Source of the DNA: Eledone cirrhosa
Taxonomy: Eukaryota
Length of the DNA stretch: 64,000 nucleotides
Reading direction: 5' to 3'
NCBI GenBank assembly: GCA_964016885.1
Contig: OZ024750.1
Span: 24,862,001-24,926,000 of the forward strand
The notes beneath the pieces are model-generated. The model had not been told where the DNA came from, searched no databases, and saw only the letters and a program-made list of their open reading frames with translations. The translations under genes and the position numbers were made by a program. This document shows, piece by piece, positions 41,108-53,692 of the stretch. Each line of letters starts with the position of its first letter. The first letter of the stretch is position 1.

Positions 41108-41241
41108 CTTCTAATCTGCTGGATGACATGGTCCCTCTGGAGACATTTAATGTTGTCAGCAATAGCGTTGTGGAGACCATCATCATCCATTTGGTCTCGC
41201 AACCATTCAACAACAGCCTTGTCATTATCCCATAGGTAAGC
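41108..41241 (-). CDS. ACC: Acetyl-CoA carboxylase exon
   Basis: AYLWDNDKAVVEWLRDQMDDDGLHNAIADNIKCLQRDHVIQQIR(S); 134 nt. Confidence 0.95.
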
Positions 41242-42548
41242 CTGCAATTAACCACAAAAAAAAAAAAAATTACATAACTAATTTCTTTACAAACAACAAT
41301 TTGGTTTAACAAATACAGATTAATAAAAAATAAAAAAAAAATAAAAATTGAAGAAACTGAGACACAGAAAATAAACTGTAAACACAGTCGATTACTAGAA
41401 ATAATAGCTTAGAAAATTGCCAGACAGCTGTATCTGAAAATATGAAGTTTGATTCCTCATAAGGACTACTGGCCACCTTTTTCTGTTGATAGTAGTATTT
41501 TAAATGATTTTCTGAGCTTTATTTATACAGAGACAGAGGAACTGGGGAGGTTATTGTCTTGCTAATAATTATATTTTTCTCCCCAAAGTACCAAAACATA
41601 TCTAATTGTATATCATCATCATCCCCGTTAACGTCCATTTTTCCATGATTGCATGTGTCAGACTGGTCGTCCACGTCGACACAAGTCTGGTCAGGATTGG
41701 CTACGCCATACCCTTGCTCTGACAGGACTGTCAATTTGGCCAGGGGTTTTTACAGCTGGATGCCCTTCCTAACACCAATCACATGTACAACTCTACAATT
41801 CTTGGTTAATATTTGATAACAACAGCTAAACTAATCACTACAACTAAATTGACCAAATTTGCCCCCCCCCCCTCCAATTCAGAAATGCTTCCACTGCCCC
41901 TGTATAGCAACCAACCGTGTTTACAGTTATCTTCTGTGTCTGAGTTTCCTACATTTTCTATGAATTTGACAAATCCTCAGAACTTCCAAAGTTCAATATT
42001 TTGCTTACAAATACAAGTTCTTATAATAAACTGATTTATTCTGAGTAAAATCATCATCTTCAGTTTGAGGGAGAACTCTACAACTGGATGCACTTCTTTA
42101 TGACAGCTGTTTCTTGTGTTTAATTAAGAGACTTTACAAATTAAACAGCTGAACTGTAGGACATATTGTTTAAGCAGGATATAAACAAATGTCACTGGCT
42201 GCCCAAATGGTGTTAACAATGATAGGATGTAATATGAGGGAAACTTGACTGTTATTTCTAGCAGGTCAAGAGACCATGTTGAGGCTGCTTCATTTACACT
42301 TGTTTCATAGGTGGATCAGTATCGTTAGCAGCAAAAAAGACAAAGACAAAAACAAAGAAAAAAAAACAATGTAACAAAAGCCATTCCCACAATTATCATC
42401 ATCATTGTTTAACGTCCATCTTCCATACTTGCATGGGCTGGACGGTTTTTGTCCCACTTGAGGAGAGAATGGTTGGGAGACTGTGCCTTGCTCGTACAGA
42501 AATGTCTCAATGTTGGTGAAAAACTAAACTAAAAACAAAACAACTTAC

Positions 42549-42719
42549 ATTTACTGTTGATTGGTCTTCAACAAACCATCTACGTAACATGGAGTTTAAC
42601 TGTCCATCTTGGAGATCTTTCGTAAATTGTAACATCTTCATCTTTAACTGACTTTCTAGAAGTCTGCGACGTAAACGCCAATAGAAGAATTCTCGACTTG
42701 TCTTCCATTTCACAATATC
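42549..42719 (-). CDS. ACC: Acetyl-CoA carboxylase exon
   Basis: [57 protein letters not shown]; 171 nt. Confidence 0.96.
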
Positions 42720-42870
42720 CTAAAATTGGAATAAATAAATATATATATTGTTATATTTTGGGAGGGTCATGTTGCCAATAAAAACACACACACACCTGTT
42801 GGTTTTTCACTTCAATTTATTATAAGCTTCTGGTTGGTTGGTTCGATAACCGGAAGGATGTTTATATATT

Positions 42871-42911
42871 GTCAAAGCTCTTTCATCACATTTTGTGACC
42901 TCCTCAGTGAC
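42871..42911 (-). ncRNA. Minimal type I hammerhead-like motif in an ACC intron (sense strand)
   Basis: GUCA-CUGAGGA-G-GUCAC(AAAAU)GUGAU-GAAA-GAGC-UU-UGAC; non-optimal CUU site; decayed relatives at ~28773-28815 and ~33933-33972. Confidence 0.5.
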
Positions 42912-42916
42912 TAGGT

Positions 42917-42981
<65 letters not shown>

Positions 42982-43150
42982 TTGGGACCCCGATTGCTGA
43001 GTTTTTGCCATTTCAACGAGATATATATATATGTATATATATTACCCTACAACATTACCATTTTTTTTTTTGTTATGTCTACTTTTCCATGGTGGCATGA
43101 GTTGGACAAGACCACTTAAGGTTGAGAGAAAGAGAGAGATAGGGGGGAGT

Positions 43151-46100
43151 AGCTACCAACATTTATAATGTCTTTATTTACTATGGCAAGAGGTGAAAGT
43201 AGCTAATATTTATTACTTTATCTACCATGGCAAGAAGAGAGGAGAGACAGTAGCTACTAATATTTATTACTTTATCTACCATGGCAAGAGAGGAGAGACA
43301 GTAGCTACTAATATGTATTACTTTATCTACCATGGCAAGAAGAGAGGAGAGACAGTAGCTACTATTATTTATTACTTTATCTACCATGGCAAGAAGAGAG
43401 GAGAGACAGTAGCTACTAATATTTATTACTTTATCTACCATGGGAAGAGAGGAGAGACAGTAGCTACTAATATTTATTACTTTATCTACCATGGCAAGAA
43501 GAGAGGAGAGACAGTAGCTACTAATATGTATTACTTTATCTACCATGGCAAGAAGAGAGGAGAGACAGTAGCTACTATTATTTATTACTTTATCTACCAT
43601 GGGAAGAGAGGAGAGACAGTAGCTACTAATATGTATTACTTTATCTACCATGGCAAGAGAGGAGAGACAGTAGCTACTAATATGTATTACTTTATCTACC
43701 ATGGCAAGAAGAGAGGAGAGACAGTAGCTACTAATATTTATTACTTTATCTACCATGGCAAGAGAGGAGAGACAGTAGCTACTAATATTTATTACTTTAT
43801 CTACCATGGCAAGAAGAGAGGAGAGACAGTAGCTACTAATATTTATTACTTTATCTACCATGGCAAGAAGAGAGGAGAGACAGTAGCTACTAATATTTAT
43901 TACTTTATCTACCATGGCAAGAGAGAAGAGACAGTAGCTACTAATATTTATTACTTTATCTACCATGGGAAGAGAGGAGAGACAGTAGCTACTAATATTT
44001 ATTACTTTATCTACCATGGCAAGAAGAGAGGAGAGACAGTAGCTACTAATATTTATTACTTTATCTACCATGGCAAGAAGAGAGGAGAGACAGTAGCTAC
44101 TAATATTTATTACTTTATCTACCATGGGAAGAGAGGAGAGACAGTAGCTACTAATATGTATTACTTTATCTACCATGGCAAGAAGAGAGGAGAGACAGTA
44201 GCTACTAATATTTATTACTTTATCTACCATGGCAAGAGAGGAGAGACAGTAGCTACTAATATGTATTACTTTATCTACCATGGGAAGAGAGGAGAGACAG
44301 TAGCTACTAATATTTATTACTTTATCTACCATGGGAAGAAAGGAGAGACAGTAGCTACTAATATGTATTACTTTATCTACCATGGGAAGAGAGGAGAGAC
44401 AGTAGCTACTAATATTTATTACTTTATCTACCATGGCAAGAGAGGAGAGACAGTAGCTACTAATATGTATTACTTTATCTACCATGGCAAGAAGAGAGGA
44501 GAGACAGTAGCTACTAATATTTATTACTTTATCTACCATGGGAAGAGAGGAGAGACAGTAGCTACTATTATTTATTACTTTATCTACCATGGCAAGAGAG
44601 GAGAGACAGTAGCTACTAATATTTATTACTTTATCTACCATGGGAAGAGAGGAGAGACAGTAGCTACTAATATTTATTACTTTATCTACCATGGCAAGAA
44701 GAGAGGAGAGACAGTAGCTACTAATATTTATTACTTTATCTACCATGGCAAGAAGAGAGGAGAGACAGTAGCTACTAATATTTATTACTTTATCTACCAT
44801 GGGAAGAGAGGAGAGACAGTAGCTACTAATATGTATTACTTTATCTACCATGGCAAGAAGAGAGGAGAGACAGTAGCTACTAATATTTATTACTTTATCT
44901 ACCATGGGAAGAGAGGAGAGACAGTAGCTACTAATATTTATTACTTTATCTACCATGGGAAGAGAGGAGAGACAGTAGCTACTAATATTTATTACTTTAT
45001 CTACCATGGGAAGAGAGGAGAGACAATAGCTACTATTATTTATTACTTTATCTACCATGGCAAGAAGAGAGGAGAGACAGTAGCTACTAATATTTATTAC
45101 TTTATCTACCATGGGAAGAGAGGAGAGACAATAGCTACTATTATTTATTACTTTATCTACCATGGCAAGAAGAGAGGAGAGACAGTAGCTACTAATATTT
45201 ATTACTTTATCTACCATGGCAAGAAGAGAGGAGAGACAGTAGCTACTAATATGTATTACTTTATCTACCATGGGAAGAGAGGAGAGACAGTAGCTACTAA
45301 TATGTATTACTTTATCTACCATGGCAAGAGAGGAGAGACAGTAGCTACTAATATTTATTACTTTATCTACCATGGGAAGAGAGGAGAGACAGTAGCTACT
45401 ATTATTTATTACTTTATCTACCATGGCAAGAAGAGAGGAGAGACAGTAGCTACTAATATTTATTACTTTATCTACCATGGCAAGAAGAGAGGAGAGACAG
45501 TAGCTACTATTATTTATTACTTTACCTACCATGGCAAGAAGAGAGGAGAGACAGTAGCTACTATTATTTATTACTTTATCTACCATGGCAAGAAGAGAGG
45601 AGAGACAGTAGCTACTAATATGTATTACTTTATCTACCATGGGAAGAGAGGAGAGACAGTAGCTACTAATATGTATTACTTTATCTACCATGGCAAGAGA
45701 GGAGAGACAGTAGCTACTAATATTTATTACTTTATCTACCATGGGAAGAGAGGAGAGACAGTAGCTACTATTATTTATTACTTTATCTACCATGGCAAGA
45801 AGAGAGGAGAGACAGTAGCTACTAATATTTATTACTTTATCTACCATGGCAAGAAGAGAGGAGAGACAGTAGCTACTATTATTTATTACTTTATCTACCA
45901 TGGCAAGAAGAGAGGAGAGACAGTAGCTACTAATATTTATTACTTTATCTACCATGGCAAGAGAGGAGAGACAGTAGCTACTAATATTTATTACTTTATC
46001 TACCATGGCAAGAAGAGAGGAGGGACAGTAGCTACTAATATTTATTACTTTATCTACCATGGGAAGAGAGGAGAGACAGTAGCTACTAATATTTATTACT

Positions 46101-47030
46101 TTATCTACCATGGCAAGAAGAGAGGAGAGACAGTAGCTACTAATATTTATTACTTTATCTACCATGGCAAGAGAGGAGAGACAGTAGCTACTAATATGTA
46201 TTACTTTATCTACCATGGGAAGAGAGGAGAGACAGTAGCTACTAATATTTATTACTTTATCTACCATGGCAAGAGAGGAGAGACAGTAGCTACTAATATT
46301 TATTACTTTATCTACCATGGCAAGAAGAGAGGAGAGACAGTAGCTACTAATATGTATTACTTTATCTACCATGGCAAGAAGAGAGGAGAGACAGTAGCTA
46401 CTAATATTTATTACTTTATCTACCATGGCAAGAAGAGAGGAGAGACAGTAGCTACTAATATGTATTACTTTATCTACCATGGCAAGAAGAGAGGAGAGAC
46501 AGTAGCTACTATTATTTATTACTTTATCTACCATGGGAAGAGAGGAGAGACAGTAGCTACTAATATTTATTACTTTATCTACCATGGCAAGAAGAGAGGA
46601 GAGACAGTAGCTACTAATATTTATTACTTTATCTACCATGGCAAGAAGAGAGGAGAGACAGTAGCTACTAATATTTATTACTTTATCTACCATGGCAAGA
46701 GAGGAGAGACAGTAGCTACTAATATTTATTACTTTATCTACCATGGCAAGAGAGGAGAGACAGTAGCTACTATTATTTATTACTTTATCTACCATGGCAA
46801 GAAGAGAGGAGGGACAGTAGCTACTAATATTTATTACTTTATCTACCATGGCAAGAAGAGAGGAGAGACAGTAGCTACTAATATTTATTACTTTATCTAC
46901 CATGGCAAGAGAGGAGAGACAGTAGCTACTATTATTTATTACTTTATCTACCATGGCAAGAGAGGAGAGACAGTAGCTACTAATATTTATTACTTTATCT
47001 ACCATGGCAAGAAGAGAAAGAGCAGCTACT
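43151..47030. repeat. 51/54-bp minisatellite (~70 copies) in an ACC intron
   Basis: tactttatctaccatggcaa(gaa)gagaggagagacagtagctactaatatttat. Confidence 0.97.
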
Positions 47031-47033
47031 TAC

Positions 47034-47301
47034 ATTTATAACTTCTTTATCTACCATACGTCCAGCAGTATCATGTAGATCAGCAAAATCTACTGCCACC
47101 TGCTGGTAGATCGGTAATAGGTCATTTTCATAATTGCTCAGCTCCAGTTCCAGCTTACTTTTCTCCTCCTTGGTCAGAGTTGGACAGTTGAGTTGTTCTA
47201 CCAACTTGGGACATTTCGAATCAATACGGCGAATAGCTTTAATAAGATCTTTCCTTCTGAATTTAATCTCCACAGTTCCTTGTGGTTCCAACACACCACC
47301 T
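47034..47301 (-). CDS. ACC: Acetyl-CoA carboxylase exon
   Basis: (R)GGVLEPQGTVEIKFRRKDLIKAIRRID...LLPIYQQVAVDFADLHDTAGRMVDKEVIN; 268 nt; donor GTAAGT. Confidence 0.97.
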
Positions 47302-47436
47302 CTGCAGAATTTAAACAAATAAACACACAACAATATAGTAGGAAGAAAAGAGATTTCACCCTTTAGCATTTTCATTACTCTATATTTACTATTGTATTTT
47401 CACGGTAAACACTTTATCTCACATAAGCTTAGGTAC

Positions 47437-47762
47437 ATGGCTTAGTGGTTAGAGCATTGGTCTTGCAATCGAAAGGTTGTGAGTTCAATTCTCAGACCGG
47501 GTGATGTGTTGTGTCCTTGAGCAAGACACTTTATTTTACATTGCTCCAGTTTACTCAGCTGTAGAAATGAGATGATAGGGACTGGGGTCCATATCATTCC
47601 ACTGCAAAGTGGTCGTGGAGGTGCCACAGCAAAAAAGCACCCAGCACTCACTGTAAATGAGGTTGGTGTTAGGAAGGGCATCCAGCTGTAGAAATCAAGC
47701 CAGAATCAGTTCCCGTCCCACCCTTGCAAGCAGGGAAAAAGCGGACGTAAAATGAAATGAAT
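47437..47762 (+). mobile_element. tRNA-headed SINE family A (CORE-like centre, RTE-like tail), full copy nested in a piggyBac-type MITE
   Basis: A box TGGCTTAGTGG, B box GAGTTCAATT, centre tgtgtccttgagcaagacactt, tail ggaagggcatccagctgtagaaa...ggacgtaaaatga shared with the RTE 3' UTR. Confidence 0.85.
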
Positions 47763-49175
47763 ATCATATCTAAGTGATTTTGATATTTATTTTGAGAACA
47801 ATACCTTAACATAAGTATGAGCAGCTGGTTACAGCTGGTTTGAACAGAGAGATAAGAATATTCTGGTCGGATATGGTTGGTTTAAATGCTAACGGGTTAA
47901 ACAGAATATTTTATCAAATGTAAAACAATGAAAATCAATTTAATGCCATGAAAACTTCTGATGTTGGTTTTATAGCAACTGTGTGAAAATTGGCAGTAAT
48001 GTATACTTGATGCTACTACTACTACTACCATAACACCACCATTACTACTACCACTACTACTGCTGCTGCTACTACCACCACCACCACTACTACAACCACC
48101 ACCACAACTACTGCTGCTACTACCACCACCACCACTACCACAGCTACTGCTGCTACCACCACCACCACCACTACTACTACTACTACTACAACCACCACCA
48201 CAACTACTGCTACTACTACCACCACCACAACCATCACCACTACTACCACACCTACTGCTGCTACTACCAGCACTACAACCACCACCACTACTGCTACTAC
48301 CACCACTACTACCACACCTACTGCTGCTACTACCAGCACTACAACCACCACCACTACTGCTACTACCACCACTACTGCCACTACCACTACCACAACCATC
48401 AACACTACTACCACACCTACTGCTGCTACTACCAGCACCACAACTGCTTCTACCACCACTACAACCATCACCACTACTACCACAGCTACTGCTGCTACTA
48501 CCAGCACCACTACTGCTACCACCACCACCACCACAACCATCACCACTACTACCACAGCTACTGCTGCTACTACCAGCACCACAACCACAACTGCCACCAC
48601 CACAACCATTAACACTACCACAGCTACTGCTGCTACTACCAGCACCACAACCACAACTGCTACTACCACCACCACAACCATCACCACTACTACTACAGCT
48701 ACTGCTGCTACTACCAGCACCACAACCATTAACACTACCACAGCTACTGCTGCTACTACCACCACCACAACCACTATTGCTACTACCACCACCACAACCA
48801 TCAACACTACTACCACAGCTACTGCTGCTACTACCAGCACCACAACCACCACCACCCCTACTGCTACTACCACCACCACAACCACAACCACTACTGCTAC
48901 TACCACCGCCACAACCATCAACACTACTACCACCTCCACTACTACCACCGCCACAACCACCACTGCTACCACAATCACTGCCACCACCACCACCACTTCT
49001 AATACTTCTACATTAATTTACCACAATACCACACAAACCGATACAGCTTCACTTATCACTTCAAATTAATGGTCAACTGTTATTTTTTTATTTTAACGCT
49101 TGCGCCCCCCCCCCCCTTTCCCCCCATACCCTCCTCCCCAGTTCCCAATAAAAAAAAGTAGTAATGTTTACATAC

Positions 49176-49353
49176 CTGGCAAATTCATCAGCAAATATTT
49201 CCATGTGTGTTGGATTAATGGAGGGATCAAGAACCACCCATGCTCCACCTCGTAGTTCAGCATAAGGTGGGATGTAGATCATCACCGGTTGTTTGTAAAC
49301 ACGAAGGGCATCGACGATGTAGGAACCAAACTTGAGGATTTGGTCATACATAT
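49176..49353 (-). CDS. ACC: Acetyl-CoA carboxylase exon
   Basis: (D)[58 protein letters not shown](R); 178 nt. Confidence 0.97.
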
Positions 49354-50010
49354 CTACAATAATAATAAGAAGAATTGTACCTCCTTTAGGCACAAGGCCA
49401 GCAATTTGGGGAGAAGGAAAAATCAATTAAATCGACCCCAGTGTATTGCTGGTGCTTTATTTTATCGATCCCGTAAGGATGAAAGGCAAAGGAGGATTTG
49501 AACTCAGAACATAAAGGGCTGTAACTCTATGCCGTAAAGCATGGTGTCCGGCAGTATCGATACTGCCAATCCATCACCCTAATAATAATAATAACAACAA
49601 TGAAAATACAATAATAATCTTCTTCTTTGACCATTTATTCCTGGAAGAGTTACAGGGGCAGAGTCCTGAAGCCCACCTTCCAACCATTATGCAATTTTCC
49701 CAAAATTGCAGAACCCATAACAATATTTTATGGATAATCTTCACCATCCAATTTTGGATGAAATAAATCTGCTTTCTCTCATATAAATAAATAATAATAA
49801 TAAACAATTTTTTAATTAATTTTCTTAAATACATTTATCTTGTAGAGCACCAACATATTTTTGTGTGGACCCACTTGGGGACTCACTTTAGAAAATTTTG
49901 CCCTGTAATACTTGTTAAATACCTATATCAGAAACCTACGTTTCATTCCACCAGAAAAACCCCTCTCTCTGTAATACATCTAGTTAAATACCTATATCAA
50001 GAAAACCTAC

Positions 50011-50146
50011 CTTTCATTCCACCAGAAAACCCTCTCCAGTTGGCAAAAATCATTAAAGGTAATTCTTCTTGATTAAAATCTTTAATTGTTTGAGCAGTTT
50101 TGTAGGCAGAATCAGGAAACCACACTTGTCCAGCTTGCTGAAGATT
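50011..50146 (-). CDS. ACC: Acetyl-CoA carboxylase exon
   Basis: [45 protein letters not shown](D); 136 nt. Confidence 0.97.
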
Positions 50147-50605
50147 CTGTAGGAGAAAGGAACAGTAACTCAACATTACATACATAAAGCAGGAGAAGAT
50201 AATTCAGTATTTTAAAAGAACGGCATAATAATAAACAAATTTCTAAAAGACCTAAACATTAATCCAAGTCAAATTTTTTTCAAACCTTAAGATTATTAGG
50301 ATATTTATATTTGTGAGTTACCAATAGGACATGAACACGGCATAGAGATAAACAGATTTTTAAGGGAGCTAAACATTTGTGAGAAGTTTTCAAGCTTTTA
50401 AAAGTGAAATTAGATTATATGAGGATATGAATGGATAATATGGATATTGAGTGTTCCACTTGTTCAGTCAATGGAACAGCATACTCACTAATTTGATGTG
50501 TAAGTGACTGAGCACTCCAGACATAAGAAGTGATGAGAAACATTACACAAAACAGAAGATAACGTTATATGGTGTGATGAGAGACAATAGACAAATAAAA
50601 CCTAC

Positions 50606-50702
50606 TTTTGATTCAGAATCAAGGTTCGCTGGATCTGCAGGAATGGTAACTTCCACAGTTCGAGTTTCTACACAAACAACACCAATAGGAATTCCGCCCA
50701 AT
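50606..50702 (-). CDS. ACC: Acetyl-CoA carboxylase exon
   Basis: (R)[32 protein letters not shown]; 97 nt. Confidence 0.97.
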
Positions 50703-50974
50703 CTGATAATTAAAAGAGAAAAAAAAAAAAATCAATAAATTATCACTTATTAATATTCTTATATTTCTAGAAATTAGTTATAAGTGTACAGCATAGAGCT
50801 GAACAAACTCCTTAGTTTAAATTCCAGAAAAAATTATGAAATTACATATGGATCCTAACCAGATACAAAACAGAATGTAAAAACATTACAAATACCATTC
50901 ATATAGATATAATTGGAACTTCTCATTGCCACAAATGGTGAATGTTCTGTAAGTTTCATGTATTTTTTTTTTAT

Positions 50975-51292
50975 TTTCTTTGCCCACTTATTCCTGAGAG
51001 GGTCATGGGGGCAGTGTCCTCAAACACTGCCCCCCCCCCCCCCAGTGGGTCCTGTCAGAAACAACCATCTCCAACTGATCCGGCTGGATCCCCAGGCGTG
51101 ACCAGCCAAGTTCATGGATGTTATCCAACCATCTTGCTCAGGGTCTACCCCTAGGTCTCCTACCTCTTGGTTTTGCCCATAAAATCTGTCCAGCAATTCT
51201 TTCCTGAGACATTCTAACTACACACCAATAGTATCGGAGCTGTGATCTCTCAATTCGGAGAAGTAGCAGCTCTACCTGGAGTGACTCTCTGT
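50975..51292 (-). mobile_element. Second RTE-clade LINE 3' fragment
   Basis: Reverse translation RESLQVELLLLRIERSQLRY..VVRMSQERIAGQILWAKPRGRRPRGRP*ARWLDNI, a typical RTE C-terminus. Confidence 0.75.
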
Positions 51293-51294
51293 TC

Positions 51295-51471
51295 TCAGAG
51301 TTTCATGTTATGATATGTAAATATTATAGCAAACATATCTTTCCTTTTATGATCTCAGAGTTTCATGTTATGATATGTAAATATTATAGCAAACATATCT
51401 TTCCTTTTATGATCTCAGAGTTTCATGTTATGATATGTAAATATTATAGCAAACATATCTTTCCTTTTATC
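51295..51471. repeat. 60-bp unit x3
   Basis: Three identical lines from 51301. Confidence 0.9.
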
Positions 51472-51829
51472 TATTAAAATAAAAGGGAATCTTCCTCGGG
51501 ATTATACACCAAACTATTGCAGAGAAAATATTAGAAGGCATGTGACATTCTTTATAGATTGAGAAACTGGGGTATGTAAAGTCAATGCAATGGATATGAA
51601 CAAAATACACATGAATTGGTATTCCAAAGGTATTTTAATGACTCACCTAGACACAGGTGTACACCATTCTCTCTCTCCCTATCTTTCTGTCTAAAACACA
51701 TCACACACAAACTTATAACAGGACATTGAAATAAATGTTTCTTCTAAACAAATCTTTTCAATTTAAAATTTCAATATTCAAACTAACAGCTGTAAAGCAG
51801 CTCAATCAATTATTTAATTCAGTATTATT

Positions 51830-52866
51830 TATACAAGTCATATATTCAGCTAAATTATACAAGTTCATATATTCAGCTAAATTATACATGTTCATATATT
51901 TAGCTAAATTATACAAGTTCATATATTCAGCTAAATTATACATCTTCATATATTTAGCTAAATTATACAAGTTCATATATTTAGCTAAATTATACAAGTT
52001 CATATATTTAGCTAAATTATACAAGTTCATATATTTAGCTAAATTATACAAGTTCATATATTTAGCTAAATTATACATGTCCAGCTAAATTATACAAGTT
52101 CATATATTTAGCTAAATTATACATGTTCATATATTTAGCTAAATTATACATGTTCATATATTTAGCTAAATTATACAAGTTCATATATTCAGCTAAATTA
52201 TACATCTTCATATATTTAGCTAAATTATACAAGTTCATATATTTAGCTAAATTATACAAGTTCATATATTTAGCTAAATTATACAAGTTCATATATTTAG
52301 CTAAATTATACAAGTTCATATATTTAGCTAAATTATACATGTCCAGCTAAATTATACAAGTTCATATATTTAGCTAAATTATACATGTCCAGCTAAATTA
52401 TACAAGTTCATATATTTAGCTAAATTATACAAGTTCATATATTTAGCTAAATTATACAAGTTCATATATTTAGCTAAATTATACAAGTTCATATATTTAG
52501 CTAAATTATACATGTCCAGCTAAATTATACAAGTTCATATATTTAGCTAAATTATACATGTCCAGCTAAATTATACAAGTTCATATATTTAGCTAAATTA
52601 TACAAGTTCATATATTTAGCTAAATTATACAAGTTCATATATTTAGCTAAATTATACAAGTTCATATATTTAGCTAAATTATACATGTCCAGCTAAATTA
52701 TACAAGTTCATATATTTAGCTAAATTATACAAGTTCATATATTTAGCTAAATTATACAAGTTCATATATTTAGCTAAATTATACATGTTCATATATTTAG
52801 CTAAATTATACATGTTCATATATTTAGCTAAATTATACATGTTCATATATTTAGCGAAATTATATA
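51830..52866. repeat. 27-bp minisatellite (with shorter variants)
   Basis: gttcatatatttagctaaattatacaa; internal palindrome ATTTAGCTAAAT. Confidence 0.95.
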
Positions 52867-52898
52867 AGATAGTGATAAATGTTGTGCGAGATTTTTAC

Positions 52899-52989
52899 CG
52901 TGCACGTCCACAAATAACTGTCTGTGCCCAGGGACGCATTATTTCCATGAAAGAATCACGATCAAAGAAGCCACTGATCCAGTCACCGT
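52899..52989 (-). CDS. ACC: Acetyl-CoA carboxylase exon
   Basis: (N)[29 protein letters not shown](R); 91 nt. Confidence 0.96.
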
Positions 52990-53099
52990 CTGGAAAAAGA
53001 ATTTTAAAATTAGTTGTTTTTTTTTTAAATCTTGTAATGACAATCTGTGGAAATAGCAATAAATATTCTTTTGGTTTATGAAAACACAGCTCCCATGAC

Positions 53100-53657
53100 C
53101 TTTTTCACGCTCAGAGTTGCTGAAACATGGAACAAACTACCTGCATCAGTTATTAGCTGTCGAGAGACTGCATCCTTTAAAACCTCCATGGAACAAACTA
53201 CCTGCATCAGTTGTTAGCTGTCGAGACACTGCATCCTTTAAAACCTCCATGCTTCCTGAAACTCGCCAACACTACACCTGATGTCCCCCCCCCCCTCCAT
53301 ACACGCGTGCATGTGTATTTCATCACTCATACACTGTTCATTTTCCTGACATTTGAACATTATTCTATGTATTATAGGGCAGTGGATTGGCAGTATCAAA
53401 GGAGTATGACGCCATGTTTTTACAGCATAGAGTTACGCCCCTTTATGATCTGAGTTCAAATCCTACTGAGGTTAACTTTGCCTTTCATCCTTACGGGGTC
53501 GATAAAATAAAGTACCAGTAATACACTGGAATAATTGCTGGCCTTGTGCCAAAAAGTAGAAACAATTATTCTATGTACGATCATGCACCTTTGATGAGTT
53601 GTAGTGCACCTGAGCACACTGTACACAATAATTTCATTATTATTATTATTATTATTA
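53100..53657 (+). mobile_element. CR1/L2-type LINE 3' fragment interrupted by a SINE
   Basis: [29 protein letters not shown] (CR1-like C-terminal motif), an internal ~60-bp duplication and an (ATT)n tail; uninterrupted paralog at 31747-32012. Confidence 0.75.
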
Positions 53658-53692
53658 TCCTCATTTATAATACAAGAGAAATATAAAAGACC

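Noticed and set aside
43181-47041. 1274/1282-aa repeat proteins
   Set aside because: Translation of an intronic 51/54-bp minisatellite; out of frame with the ACC exon.
47437-47500. tRNA gene (also ~10163, ~17658, ~22320)
   Set aside because: A/B boxes belong to SINE heads; no complete cloverleaf seen.
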